From Nageia nagi (taxonomy: Eukaryota > Plantae > Pinophyta), in assembly GCA_050084985.1 (NCBI GenBank), contig JBITNC010000002.1, positions 34,224,001 through 34,288,000 of the forward strand: DNA of 64,000 nt, given 5' to 3'. The notes under the pieces are model-generated. The model was given only the letters and a program-made list of their open reading frames with translations. It was not told where the DNA came from and did not search any database. A program made the translations under genes and the position numbers. Positions within the stretch are counted from its first letter, which is position 1. Each line of letters starts with the position of its first letter. Positions 38,549 through 52,690 of this stretch are shown here, piece after piece.

Positions 38549-38700
38549 AATATCTATCAATATGATGACTTATTCAAGTGTGCTACCAAAACCCACGCAT
38601 AGAGCTCCATATCATATATGCTCCACTAGGTCCTCCTTCTACACATGCAAATTGAGATAGTTGATCAGTTAATTGAAATATATGATTGGTCCATTTGTTA
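38549..38700 (-). repeat. Second piece of the split gypsy LTR
   Basis: Matches 43555-43665 and the reverse complement of 51790-51915 (cacatgcaaa.tgagatagttgat, aatatatgattggtccattt). Confidence 0.8.
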
Positions 38701-40535
38701 GTTAATTATTTTCTTCAATTAAAAAAATAATAATTTTGAAAGGGACCTTCACCCTTTTATAATCTACCTTAGGGAACAAGAAAATAGAGTAATAAAATTA
38801 TAGAAAAAAAGAAGATTAAAGATCAACATTATGCTAAAAATTTGGGATGTACGATGCTCAATATGGCATTGATGCATGGTGATTATTTATATAATCTTTT
38901 TCTTATATATGGTAGTCTTCCCCAAAAGATTTATATAGAAGTTTATTGATCTATTTACTTAGGTTGAGGCAAGCTTAACTCTTCTACTAGTTTGGAATAA
39001 ATATCCTACTAACATTGGCGAGTTGGCTCTGATAGTTAACTAACCTTATTAGGGATGTGATTTATATTTGATTGGAAATTAGAGGGATATTATATATGAA
39101 ATAATTATTTTAAAAAATAATAAAAGGAAACTTTAAATAAGACTCTTGCACCACCTTCATTATGATCAATATCTTCACTACCAATGCTTCTAATGATTTT
39201 TCTTAATTTTTATAGATTCTTGCATTTTGTTGTAACCATACAGTCCACAGATATCCAATTGTATTTCCATTCTACATAGGGAAGCCTCCTTTGTACCCAC
39301 CACTCCTTAATTATTTTTGGTTGGACCTAAAATCCACCCTGAATGTATTTAGCCATTTCTCCCACATAATATAAGCAAAACAAAACTCCATGAAAAAATG
39401 TCTCACTATTTCCTTATTTTTGAAGTAAAGAAATAAGATCACATGTCTATTGATAAGCTTATAATAGTTGATAATATTATTAAGAAAAACTAACAAATTG
39501 AAGGATTTCATCCTTAGAATACCTCTTATTTTTCATAGGTTCTTTCATGGCACTTCCTCAAGAACATTCTCTAAAACACTACCATATACTACCTTGAATG
39601 TGTAGGATTTTGAAGTGTTTTTGGTCCACTCATGTTTTTTTCATCTATTGAAAGGATAAAATAATCTTTGAACCTATTTATTATATTTTAAAGAGCTCTA
39701 CTATGACTTCCATCTCCCTCTAAACTTGTCCAAGAAAATTATCCATCTTTATTCTTCACTATGCATACTTTTAGGTAACAAACCCACTCATTCTATAGGG
39801 TAGTTTTGAGTACTAGGATATTGGTGAGGGACTCAATGAATTTAATTATCTCTAATGACTTTAATGCCTTCTTGAATATGGCACCAAACTACTGATCCTC
39901 CACAAATTTGATTATCTCTCAATATTCATGTTGGATCAAAATTTTGAAGATATTTTGCTTTGATAACATGCACCTATAGTTCCCCTTTTGATTTTGTAAT
40001 TTTTCAAACTAGCTTAGTGGCTAACACCTTATTTAATACTCTTAATAATTTTAAACCTAGACCTCCATATTTTTTTAGTAAATGCAATTCACAAGATGAT
40101 ATGTATTCCTTTTCTGTACTCCTTTTGAAAAAACAATTCTACATATGGCTTCAATTATATCTACTATCTTAGCCAAAATTTTAAATGTTGATAGCATAAA
40201 CAAAGGGATGCTTTGAAGGGTTTATTGGATCAATTGTATCTTCCTTACCATACCAAGATAGTTGTTCCCTCAAGACTCAATTTTATTGAGGATGTTTTCC
40301 ACTACTGTCCTAATGAATGGATTCTATTTGACTAGTAAAAAGGGGAAGGCCAAGGAATATAGAGGGAAGATTGTTAATGTTCCAATTCATAATGTCTTTA
40401 ATTCTATTTTATCTTATGTATGGAGTATTCATAAAGTATATATAGCTCTTGTGAAAGTTAATTATTTGTTTTGATGCTTCTTCATATTTTTTCAAGATTG
40501 GTCCATTTTGATTATAACTTTTCCATGACTTATCC
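38700..40535 (-). mobile_element. 5'-truncated L1-type LINE inserted in the same LTR
   Basis: Minus strand YEEASKQIINFHKS...NLPSIFLGLPLF (~40340-40490) and zf-RVT-like RMKSFNLLVFLNNIIN...EIVRHFFMEF; 3' boundary approximate. Confidence 0.7.
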
Positions 40536-40539
40536 TTAC

Positions 40540-40830
40540 ACGGATCTATAACTTTGTATGCTATTTTTATATTTTTATCCTTTTATTATTTTTTCCTTAT
40601 AGTTTATTTGAAAAATACATGAAACATCCAACTAAAATAGTTTCCACATAGAAGGTTCATTTCAAATGTTATAAAAATCATCAAGAATCTAGAAGAGAGT
40701 TCTTTATAGTGAAATTATATTTTTGGTGATTTGATACTATCAAAATTTTGGATTACTCCTCCTCAATAAGAGAGATTTTGATCCCTAATAAAAGAAATTG
40801 TGATCCTCAAAAGCTTTAGAATAAAAAATT
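40540..40830 (-). repeat. Third piece of the split gypsy LTR
   Basis: Matches 43700-43920 and the reverse complement of 51530-51770 (tttatttgaaaaata...aaacatc, ataaaaatcatc, ggattactcc). Confidence 0.75.
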
Positions 40831-42770
40831 ATGGAAGACATATTTCCAATGGTACTTCATACCACCATACACTACAAGAATACACTTTTTGATCAATCCA
40901 TGGAATCTAATGTAAAATATCTCCAATTTTTACAAATGGTAAGTAGGATCCTCTATGATCTCGTACTTCCACTTTATCTCTAGGATGCATAAAATGTGCC
41001 TCTTTTTATTAAAATATATCCTCATGCAATAAGAAGATGTTTTCTTAAACTTTGGATTCTTCACTATATATTGAGTATAATATCCCTAAATATAAGGTAT
41101 GGTCTCTCATTGCAATAAGTACTAGATTTTGAGAAGAATTAAACAAACTTTTCATTGGTCTTATTATGGTAAAAAGAGATTGAATTTTACTCAAATGATA
41201 CTATACAATAAAAAAATTACCATCCTTAACAAGATGTTACTTATTCTATAACCAAAAATATATAACCTTCCTACAAAATAAGTAAATACTTTCCAACTTA
41301 TGCTACAAATATCATGATAAACTACATCTAGTTTAACTTCTTCAGTATAATCAAAATTAATGGTAAAATTTAGTGTACATTATTTTGTGACTTGCATATT
41401 TGTATTCTTATTCACCAATCCAAGTGGATAAGGATGTGGATAACAATGAACCTTAATCTATAGCTTTCATATCAACCCTTCTAAATTAAGATTAACTTGA
41501 GAATCAAGATAAAAAAGAACATCAATCTTGGTCTTCTTAGCTTGGAATTTGATATGGAAAAGTTAAGTTTATTTCTTCTCTTCATATTTGGAAGATGAAC
41601 CTTTCAAACCTATGAAAGAAATATTCTCATCAACATTTGTTGTACTTTCTATTTCATAAGAATCTTTCTTTTCCTCTTTATCTTTTGATATTAAAGCATT
41701 CTTCTTTTTCTACCCTCTATTAAGTTTTGTTGATTTCAACTTAGGATGAAATTTGCAATATTTCTCTTCAACATATCCCATTAGTTTACAATTATAATAT
41801 TATTATTTCTTATCATCCTTATTTTTTAAACAATTAATTTTCTTCTTATCTTTAGGCTCATATTCTTTAAATTTTTCACAAGCCTCAAGATGTGTAGCTT
41901 AAACAGAAACTTTATTTGAATTGTTCAATTTAAAAAGTAGAAGTATGTGCTCAAAATGAGAAAGTAAACTACCAATGTATTTATACAATTTTTTCTTTTT
42001 ATTTAATATAATACCAAGTGTATTTACTCTTTTTCTAAATTTGGTAGTATAGTCTTGTCTTGAGGAAGATTTTATCACTCCATAATAACCTTTGAAAAAT
42101 AACAAAGTGGATAGAATTTATCCCTTATTATCTTTATAGACTCTCTACATGTATGAATATGAATCTCTACATGTTTAAGATGTATTTTACACTAAGTTAG
42201 AGTTGAAACTTAAAATTTGAGAGTAGCTAATTGAATCTTTATCTTATCATCCATAATTTGTTGAACTCTATAATAGACTTCAATTTATTTTATCCAAAAG
42301 TTTATTTTCTAGCATTAATTTATCCATCATATGTAGGTGAATCAAAATTTTCTTCAAACTAAATATGATATTTATTATAAGTAAAGAAAGAAGTATTTGC
42401 ATTATCATTATCAATAATTCACTTTCATTTGTAACTCTTTGTTTTGATTCTCCTCCATAAGAATTCTTATTACTCCTTACTCCTTATCTTACTTCTTCAA
42501 TAAGAATAGACATTAGCTTCATCATATCTTTAAAAGAATTCATTTCCCTAAGAAATGATTTTACTTCATGTATGTACTTCTTTGTGCACTTAACCAAACT
42601 CTTGAGCTAATTTTCAAATCTCTTTCCATAAGGGTTTCTTCTCTCTTGTCTCTTTTTTATCTAGTTAACATATAAGATCACTAAACATAAGAAAATATTG
42701 TCTTGCAATATTAGTTCCAACATTACATAAGCATAATACCATATTAATCATACTCTAGCTTTGATACTAA
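40830..42770 (-). mobile_element. Decayed internal region (gag, protease, pol remnants) of a Ty3/gypsy element
   Basis: Degenerate PBS TAGTATCAAAGC (42758-42769, minus); KIQLATLK, YTTKFRKR..LGI, LYKYIGSL, degenerate zinc knuckle, LFHIKFQAKKTKIDVLF, HPYPLG; most of pol is missing. Confidence 0.75.
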
Positions 42771-42777
42771 CATAATT

Positions 42778-43920
42778 TGTAAATCCTAGTTGTTTATAAC
42801 ATTCTTGGTTCCTTACATGCATATTTTATTATACTTATCTTTCATAAGTGCTTACAATTTTAACTTGTAGATATTTATTATTATGAAATAGAATATTGAT
42901 AACTAAAATACAAAATATGAGATAAAATATCATCATGAGAATACCCTATTTAGCTTAGGGAATCAAAGTACCCAAAGAAACCCAACAACCAAAATATATG
43001 TTCTTAGTGATGGGACAAGAAAGTAAAAGCAACCTTCTCCTCTAAAAGGATTTATAATTTACAAGATAGAAAACTTCTTCAATATTTAATGGAAGAGAAA
43101 ATTCCTAATATAACCTTAAAAAAAATACTCTCACACTTTCATCTCTATTTATATTATGAAAACCTTCCTTATCTTTTTCATAAATTATTTTTCTCTTCAA
43201 CATTTTTGCTCCTAAATAGACTCCATTTATAGTATTTTTGTATGCTACAATTTGAGGTCTTATGGTTAAGAAATTACAAAAGATTTTCCTATAATATATA
43301 AATTTATCTTATATTATTAAATGAATTTGATTTTAACACAAAATATAAACTAATCTCTTAAAAAAACTTTATACTACAAAAACAATGCTCTCTAGATTTA
43401 CAATCTCATAAAATAATAAAAATGGAATAAATAACACCTAAAAATCAATTCCAAAACAAACATAGGGCATGTCTAATCAAAACATGATAACTAAAGGTTA
43501 AGCATACAAAATGAGGATTAATAATACTATACCCATCATGTGCTACTCAATGATGATATCAATGCACATGCCTCCATATCACATGTGCTTCAAGATGTCC
43601 TCCTCCTTCACATGCAAATGAAGATAGTTGATTGGTCAATGGGAATATATGATTGGTCCATTTTTATGTTGAATTTTCCATGACTTGTATCTATATGGGT
43701 AAGTTAGTTTGTGTGGCATTTTTATATTTTTATATTTTTTATTATTTAATTATTTTTCCCTTCTATTTTATTTGAAAAATATACCAAACATCAAACTCAA
43801 ATCATTTTCCATAATGGATTTCCATTTTCTATGCCATAAAAATCATCGAGAATCTATAAGAGAGGTATTCTAATTGAAATGATATTTTTATTGATTTAAT
43901 ATGATCCAAAATTTGGATTA
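42778..43920 (-). repeat. 5' LTR of the same gypsy element
   Basis: Starts TGTAAATCC on the plus strand, 8 nt from the PBS; colinear with 20954-21750 + 38549-38700 + 40540-40750; right boundary approximate. Confidence 0.8.
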
Positions 43921-44389
43921 AAATTAAATAAAAATAAATTAAATTAAATGTTATTAATATCCATGATGGATTGAATATGACCCAAGGGACTAATAAAATA
44001 GATCAGTAAAAACTACAAGTAGGGGAGGAAGTACCCAACCAAAGAGCAAGTAGAAATAAATACAAATAGTGCAAAAATTTTTTGCATGAAGATGATGAAT
44101 CATCCATAAGAGGGAATATCTCTTAACCTCTCCTAACATCATATGTTGATGAATTACTATTGAAAAATTCATTGATCTAGCTCTGATTATCATTGATCTA
44201 GAATCCCAAAGTTGTATAGGTACGTTTTCTACTAAACATATTGATGTATATATGATTTAGTAATTATCATTTTCAATTAGTATTTGTATCACCCCTTGGT
44301 CTATCAGATCTAGTGAAGTAGTTTGTGATAGACCAAGGTTATAAAGGATGGGACGCACCTAGATGACACCTCTTCTACTAAAAAATTTA

Positions 44390-45140
44390 AGTTGCTTCTC
44401 TGATGTAAAAATTGAGGTAACATTGATCCTTAATATTGAAAAATATAGATATACAATGTGAGTAATCTTTGAATAGGAAGTAGAATCTTCCTTGAGTCTC
44501 ATAATATATCGGATAATGGAAAATAAAATGGTCTAGAGTGTCTACTTTCCCTAGGTAATAAAACATACATATATGTTCCTCTCTCATTATATGTTGATCT
44601 TTTTCAACATGTAGTTGATGGGAGCATACTTGAAGTTTCCCAATTGAGACCTATATACCATGTGTCAAAGCTTTTTAGAGGTATTATGGAGGTACTATCT
44701 GACTATGTTGGATATGAAGAAAGTATTCACGATGAAATGATAGAGTATAAGAGAGAGGGATAATGGAAAAGGTCCAAGTTCAATGGGTATAATGAACAAT
44801 GATGTCCTTTTGAATCTAATGAATTATATTTACCTTCTTATTCTATAATGGAAGTTGATAGCATCCAAGGGAGTAAGAATGAAATTCATTAATTTGCATA
44901 TGAATACATTCTTAAAGTATAGATACCTCATAATACCATCCCCTTTATTTCCTCCTAAAACTCAATGAAAGGGCCATCACAAAGCATAAAGTAAGGTAAG
45001 GGTACAAGTCTTCTAAAACTAGAAGGAGTATCTCTCATAGTGTGAAGCCTATGAAGATAGTTAGTGAACATTAATATAATCTCTAACTGAATAGGTGAAG
45101 TTCCAAACTTTGCAAGTACAATGGAGTGAGGTATCATGTA
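44390..45140 (-). mobile_element. 3' end of a non-L1 LINE ORF2 (clade uncertain)
   Basis: IPHSIVLAKFGTSPI; KLQVCSHQLHVE; REEHICMF...DTLDHFIFHYPIYYETQGRFYFLF, a degenerate C-terminal zinc-binding region of LINE ORF2. Confidence 0.7.
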
Positions 45141-45729
45141 CTTGCACTGTATAAACTTTAAAAAAAATATACTAACATCAAAATATTTAAATCAGATGGT
45201 AAATTTAAATAATAAATACACCAAAAAAGTCTTTTCATAAAGGTATTTTATGATGGTTAAAAACCATCATATAATATTCTAAGATGGTGATTATATTTCA
45301 TTGTAAGAAAATCCATCGTAAAAAAAAAAAAAAAAAAAAAATTAGATATCTTTAAGGATGGTTGAACATACATATGCCACAAGAATTAAACACATCTACC
45401 AACCATTAATGCATATGCAAGAAGGATTTTATCAAAATAATACTGAATTAAAAATAAAAATGATACATTTTAACACAACATCAAAGCAAAAATCCTCTTA
45501 CAAAGATGTTGATATGAGACTAGTTAAAAGGATATTGTGCTAACATAAGCTAGAATGATATTCAATTAACATAATATGAAAGGATGTTGAGTAAATATGA
45601 TTTCGTTATTTGGATATAACTTTTACTTCATTTTATTTTGTATATAGATTATTTAAAGTTAGGTTATATGAATTCTATTAGCACTAAGCAAATAAATCCA
45701 CTCTATAGTATTAAGTTTTATTGGTATGT

Positions 45730-46050
45730 TATTTAGTCTTTTTCTTCATCTATATGCTCATCAAGATCAACAAGGTTAGTCACAAATATATATTATTTTA
45801 TTATATATGTAATACAATAATAAATATTCATGGATTTGAAGTATTAATAACCCTCTTTCACTAGGCTTACATGGCTACATGTTAATAATATACTAACAAA
45901 TATAATATTATCTTGATTAATACTAATATATTCCATTTTTTCAAATAGTTTGAAGCCTTTCTTTTTATAACCATTGCTTGAATACATTGTAATCATTATA
46001 TTTAATGAAATTATTTGTTCATTATACATCTTATCAAACCCTTGATATTA
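45730..46050 (-). pseudogene. PPR P2/L2 fragment
   Basis: ISLNIMITMYSSNGYKKKGFKLFEKM...DNIIFVSILLTCSHVSLVKEGY. Confidence 0.8.
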
Positions 46051-46469
46051 TTTTCATGCAATTATTTACATGTTTAGACTATGTATGAGTATTATTGGGT
46101 ATTGTGATACATATTACATGATACTTTGAATTTAGGCTATGTAAGTATATAACATGAGTTCATTATAATGATATTATCATATAAATTGAAATTATTATAT
46201 GCATGTTATGATTATTGAAATGATATTATCTTCTTACAATATGTTATGTAGGAATGAATTCAATATTATAGTGTTATTATTATATTACACCAAAGTATAT
46301 TATTCTGATATTAGTATATTAAAATGGTACTTCTATGAAGGTTATATAAATAACATATGATCTATTCCTATATGTTGTTATATGTGTTTAGATCTGACAT
46401 TCATTTTATGAAAGTATGTTACAAATATTGCTTCTATTTAGATAAATAACTTTATTATTCAAGAATATG

Positions 46470-47110
46470 GCATACTAATACTTTAGATTTTATAAGAATG
46501 TTTTTTATAAAGTCTCTTGTTTCATCTAGATGTCCAAAATGACCAACAAGATCAACCTTGTGTATATTTTTCCATTGCAAGTGTAATATAATAATATTCT
46601 TTTTGTGGAAATAAAGTATTTATAGTCCTCTTCCACTAGAACTACATTATTGCATGTAGATAGAATACTACTTAAAGTGATATGGTATAAACTCACCCTA
46701 AGTGTTCCATTTGTTCAAATACTTTATTGGCTTCATTAACATAGCCATGCATAGAATATCATATAAGTATTACATTACATGAAATTGATCTCTATATTGC
46801 ATCTTATCAAACAATACATGTACCTTCTCTATACTTGTATATTATTCATTTATGTCTATCAAAAAATGTACCATAGTTATATCGAAAAGAAATCCACTTC
46901 TAATTATTTTTATGTGAATCTTCCTTTCTCATTTTAAAGATGCAAAAGTTTTAGATAGATAAATAATACATATAAAATTTATTGAATTTGGTCATAAATA
47001 AGTTAATTACATATTATAAAAAATCTTGAGAGCCTTAAAACCATGGTTGTTTTATGCAAATCCACCAATTAAGGCATTTCGTGAATCCAAGTGTTATTGA
47101 GGTATTGCAT
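46470..47110 (-). pseudogene. PLS-class PPR fragment, heavily decayed
   Basis: S(R)NALIGGFA*NNHGFKALKIF; SIEKVHVLFDKM; VDLVGHFGHLDETRDFIKN. Confidence 0.75.
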
Positions 47111-47269
47111 TAATACACTAACTAATATTACATTATTTATATTAATATGGTCACATGTTCAATTTTTTCAAATAATTTGATGGTTTCCTTGTTACAACAA
47201 TGCCTTACATAACCTGCAATCATTTTAGTCCATAAAATTATTTATTCATCACTCATTTTATCAAAATGT

Positions 47270-47833
47270 TGCAGTTTAAAGGATATTGAGATATTTACAA
47301 GGGATAAAGGACTATGTAATATATTATGATTTAACATAAAATAAATAAATACAAGGTTTTGTTGATTCTAATTATGGAGCAAATGTAGATAATGGTAAAT
47401 TTATAAGTGTATATATCTTTATATTGTTTGGTGGTGCAGTGAGTTAGAAGACTAAGAAGGAAGTGGTAGAACAATATACACTAGAAGTATAGTATATTTC
47501 TATTGTTGAAGAATCTAAATAAGTTATATGGTTACACTTTTTATGGAAAATGTTAGGTTTGAGCGAGGGTTAATACCTCTATGGTGTGATAACTAGGGTG
47601 CAATTGATCTTTCAAGCAATCTTTGGTTTCACACTATGAAAAAATATATTAAAAAGAGATTTCACTTCATTAGAGAAGTGATGGAATAAAGTGAAGTAGA
47701 GTTACTCAAAGTAAATTTAAAATAAGAAAATTTTGTTGATGCACTCACCAAACAAGTGGATGGAAAAACTTTCTTATGGTGTAGAGATAAGATACAAATA
47801 CATTCATGTACAAATTTAATGCCAAGTGGGAGA
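47270..47833 (+). mobile_element. Ty1/copia RNase H fragment with PPT
   Basis: GFVDSNYGANVD, YIFILFGGAVS, LWCDN*GAIDL, KRFHFIRE, VDALTKQV; PPT AAGTGGGAGA at 47824-47833, probably followed by a decayed LTR. Confidence 0.85.
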
Positions 47834-48899
47834 TTATTTGAATGGTGGTAACTAATCCATGAGTGTAATTATTTTGGTCATCTATGTCAATAAAACTACT
47901 TTTGGTTGATGCCACTGCCTAGATATAATTTAATATTACTTTAGTGAATCTATATATAGACATGAGTGTGTAAGAATGAGAAGTATAGTATGTAGAAATG
48001 AATGCTTTATTTCATCCATATGAATATAAATGATATACTATCAATTACTTGCAACTTCATTCTATGGTTATAATGTTTGATTGGTGTTTCGATAAAATTT
48101 TATTATGTTGTTTTTTACTATAGTTTCTATTCTTGACAAGGTAGGACTCTACCCTATTTTGTTACCTTGCACTTTATTTTATGGATACTTAGATATTATT
48201 CTTAGTTATTCTTCTCCAATTGTAGATGCTATGGATAATTATATTATAATATAATATATGGAGATTTTTATATGAATAAGAGGCAAACTTTATGGCCTAC
48301 ATTCTAGATTACACTTTATCTATTTAAACAAAGAAATGTTGCACTTTCATCTCAAAATGTAAATCTTAAAATGCATAATCATAATTATATTATTTTTAAT
48401 TATTGAGATTTTAGGTAAAAAAATATTAAAATAGTATTATTAAATTTGTATTTAACAAAATTATAAAGTAGTAAAAATGTTAAAGAATTATAGGGTTATT
48501 TGTAAACATACTTATTCATTTTGAAATAACTCTAAATATGGAAATAGGTAGAAAATTTCTTAAGATCTACAAAAAATTACATGCAAGAGTAGATACATCT
48601 TTATTCTCCTTAATAATAATATCTATATGATTCCATTTTGGATGGGATTTTTAATTAATCCTAATATTTTGATGAGATACAGAAGTGAGAAGGTGGTGTT
48701 AAGTGTAGAAACCTATTGAATTGATAGGCTTCCCTGTAAATGGTAGGCTACCCACACACAATATTCACCTTAGATCCTACAACCACTACAAGTAGAAGAT
48801 AGAACTTGGGAGGACAAATGGTAAGTACCCATTTGATTCTTCAAATTTTATTATTTTAGTTGTTAGTTATGATTAAGAGTAGAGGCATGATTCAATGAT

Positions 48900-50200
48900 T
48901 AGTAGCCAATTGCCAAAAGGAAGCACATGGCTTTATGTGGCACCTTGGTGACCTTCCTTCATGCCAATCTCTACCCTTATGGTCAAGTTAAAAAATACAA
49001 ACTATTTTTTTAGCTTAGATTATATGTAGGGTTATTAGATTAATAGTAAAATATGGGGAAAGCATACGAACCTAGAAATAATTGGAGAATATGTACATAA
49101 ACATTGGTACATTGAGATAAATACTATCTTTTCTCTAAATAATTTCTTCTTCGTTGATTTCCTACATTAGAAGAAAAGGAACAAAGGGTTTGCGCAAGAA
49201 GTTGGGTCAACTTTATGGCCCAAAATTGGAAGTCTTTTCCTTATTTTTAGGTTTGGTAAGATTGATCTCAAAATTTGAAGCAAATAGACATGGAATCTTG
49301 AAGAAGATCATTAAGATAAAAATGTAGTATTTTGAGTCTATTTTTCAAATATTTAATTTATTCCAATACCCATATGATAAAAATTGATTTTTGATAGGTA
49401 TGAATAGAAATCATTATTAAAAAAAAAAATCTAAGACCAAACCATGCATGTGTTTGTCACACATATTTCAATCTAAACTAAAGTATTTTTTAAATCCTTT
49501 TGGTCAAAGATACCTAACACAATGAATCTTGTACTAGATATTTTTTTATACTTTTTTCATGAATATTGTATTTTTTATTATTTTTTTTATGGATCATAAT
49601 TGCATTTTTGAAAAATGTGAATGTTCGTCATGCATAATTTGACCTAAAGTTATCATTTTTTCAAACTTTTTTTTTTATTTTACAAGTTTTTTTCTAAAGG
49701 TTGTCCCCATGTATTTGTTTTTTCAAAATTCCTAAAAAATAAAAAGTTATTAAAAAAATAAATTTATTTTTAAAAATATTTAAGTCAAAAAACTTCCTCT
49801 TTATGTGGACTCATCTTCTTAAAACCCACCCTAAAATCTTTAAATCAAAGAATAGATGGTTCTTTGGTACAAAGGCATTTTTATGAACCCTTGGAAACTT
49901 GTTTTTAATTCATATTTAGAAGATGCTAAGGGATATCTAGTTTGGATTGACCTATATGCTCTTGCTACAGAGCTATGGAATAATCATTCCTTTATGAAAA
50001 TCAATAATGTAATTAGTCAATATCAATTTATGGACAAACAAACCAATGTAAATCTTTCAATATTCCTAAATCTAAGTAAAGCATGATTGGTTGTTTGGAT
50101 TGAAAAATATACCTCATGGCCTATATCAATAACACTACTATTAAAGCAAGGATAATAGACACAAAATTTTACCCTTGCTATTTGCCTCTCAATAGTATAG
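48900..50200 (+). mobile_element. L1-type LINE ORF1 (DUF4283-like) remnants with an unrelated AT-rich insert at ~49248-49833
   Basis: KIWGKH...KHW...FFFVDF (49050-49165); KGIFMNPWKLVFN...VWIDLYALATELWN (49870-49985). Confidence 0.55.
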
Positions 50201-51519
50201 TCATTTGAGGAGACATTGCCCTATGCTTTGCTAAAAGAAATTGATGAATATCAACGATGAAGCTAAGGTAATTGATCAACAACATCTAGAGGAACAACTT
50301 AAACCTTATCAAATCATAGATACTATGGACACAACCCAACACTTGGCAGCTCAAATGGGGGCCATGAATTTCAAAATGATGATAAAGACTAGTTTGATTC
50401 ATATTAAAACATAGAATATTGAAAATAATGCACAAAATAGCATTGGATTAGAGAAGACTATTACTAATAATATGGAAAAGAATCTAATGAACATGGCTAC
50501 CTCCTTAACAAAAAAATCTACATATATCTCTTCTATCAAAACTAAGTTCAAAACTCCAAGCATAACCCCCTTTAAACATCAAGGATCTATCAAGAAGATA
50601 GGGGTTAACACTTCAAGTCGAAGTATGAAGAAAGCTACATATAATGTAATTGATGAGTTGTATGAGACTCTAAAAAATGATTCTGAAGGTGAAACACATA
50701 GATACTATCTCTGAAGCTTCAAATGCAAGAATGCATTCTCAATTGTACCTGAGGCTAGATCATAGTTATTTTATTCTTTTATAGAAATTTTACTTATTAT
50801 AAGTAGATACTAGGTTTTACTTCTCCAAACTCTGAATATCTAAAATGTCATATAATAAATCCCCTTTAATAATTTTACCCCTATAAAAAAATTTTAAATG
50901 ACAAAATGTACAATCATAGCTATATTATTTTTAATTACAAAGATTTACTATAAAGATATTTTTATTAAAATATCAAAATAATATTACTAGAACTTGCATC
51001 GTAACAAAATTATATAGTAAAAATATTAAAGAATTATAGATTAATGGGTAAGAGATTCCTCAAGATCTAAATAATCTTATTTTCAATAATTCAAAATAGA
51101 GCATGCAAATAATGCAATGCAAATATTGTTATGAAGTATTTTATTTATATGGAATTCTTGAAATATTTTATTTATATAGAATTCTTAAAATATTTTAAAT
51201 TAAATAAAATATTAAAAATGTTGATTTTTTTATCATATAATATTTTATAAATTTTGAGTCAACTTTATTATATAAATTTTTTAAATATTAAGTTGGATTT
51301 TATTTTTTTAAATAAAGGACATGTGAACTCACCACTCCCCCAACTACATAGAATGCCTCCCCATTTAATTGCTTTGGCTTTCATATATAAGCATAGAATG
51401 GATACATGGACTTAAAAATTATATGTGGCTTCCATATGTGATCCTAGTTAATAATTATGGCATTGGAGTATGATTGTATAATTCACACTAAAGAATATTT
51501 CAAGACCAAAAGAACGTGA

Positions 51520-52360
51520 TGAAATTTTATTATTCCTAAGCTTTTGGGGACCAAAAGCTCTCTTACCGGGAAGGAGTAATCTGAAATTTAGATCAACTAA
51601 AATCAACAAAAATTTAATTTCACTCTAAAGACCTCTTTGGATTTTTGATGATTTTTATAACATTAAAAATAAACCTTCAATGCGAATAATATTTTAGTTT
51701 GATGTTTGGCATATTTTTTCAAATAAACTAAAAGGATAAAATATAAAAATAGCACAAAAGTTATAGACCCATGTAGGGATAAGTCATCATCAATTCCCAT
51801 TGACCAATCAACTATCTCAGTTTGCATGTGGAGGAGGAATTCTTGAAGTGTATATGGTATGAAGGGATATGCGTGGGCTTTGGCAACCCACATGAATTAG
51901 TCACCATGTTGATATCATAACTTCGCAACACATGGTGAGAATAAGACTTTTCATCCTCTCTTTGGATATTTGACTACTACTTGTTATGTTTTGATTGGAG
52001 GCAACATATTTTTGTTATGGGATTGATTTTTAGGTGTTATTTATTTTGTTATTATTATTTTTTGAGACCACATGTAAATCTAGAGAGCACTAGTTTTATA
52101 ACTCAAAGCTTATTTTAGGTGATTAGATTATCCTTTTGAGATGAAATCAAAACCACAAGATCAAATAAGATTAGCGTATGTATTGGAGGTAAATTTATTA
52201 TAACTTCTTACCCATACTATATTTAATTTTAGCCTACAAAAATACGATAAAATGAAGCTATTTGAAACGGGAAATTCTGAAGGGAAAAAAAAGTATTTGA
52301 AAGAGATAAGGAAGGTTGAGATAATGTTAATAGAGATTAAAGTGTGAAAGTATTTTTGTT
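51520..52360 (+). repeat. Partial LTR of the same gypsy family in the opposite orientation
   Basis: Reverse complement aligns with 21300-21730, 38555-38680 and 43110-43920; uninterrupted across the site where the MULE inserted in the other copy. Confidence 0.85.
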
Positions 52361-52519
52361 AAGAAAACTCTATCCTTTGGTTAAATTTGCATACACATTG
52401 TGTACGTATGTCTAAAACATTTGAGGCTTGTGTTCAATCTGGCACCACCGCTCTGTCACCCATTTTCGTATGAAACATGCCACCCACCCAATGCATGATT
52501 CCTCTGCTCTGCTGGATCA

Positions 52520-52690
52520 ATAATGGATGGGTGTATAAACATTAATTATGGACGTATGTATAAAGATTAATTATAGGCACCTATCTAACCATTAATTGTA
52601 GATATATGTCTCCGACTAATTATGGGCATGTGTCTAATGATTAATCATGGGCATGTATTTAACGTGAAATTATGGGTGTGTATTTGAATA
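52520..52690. repeat. Tandem ~23 bp units (ATTAATTATGGGCATGTGTCTAA-like)
   Basis: About 6-7 degenerate units; may be subterminal repeats of a DNA element starting near 52362. Confidence 0.7.

Noticed and set aside
49248-49833. hAT-type MITE with TAGG...CCTA ends
   Set aside because: The TIR match is poor and no 8 bp TSD is present; kept only as an unclassified insert
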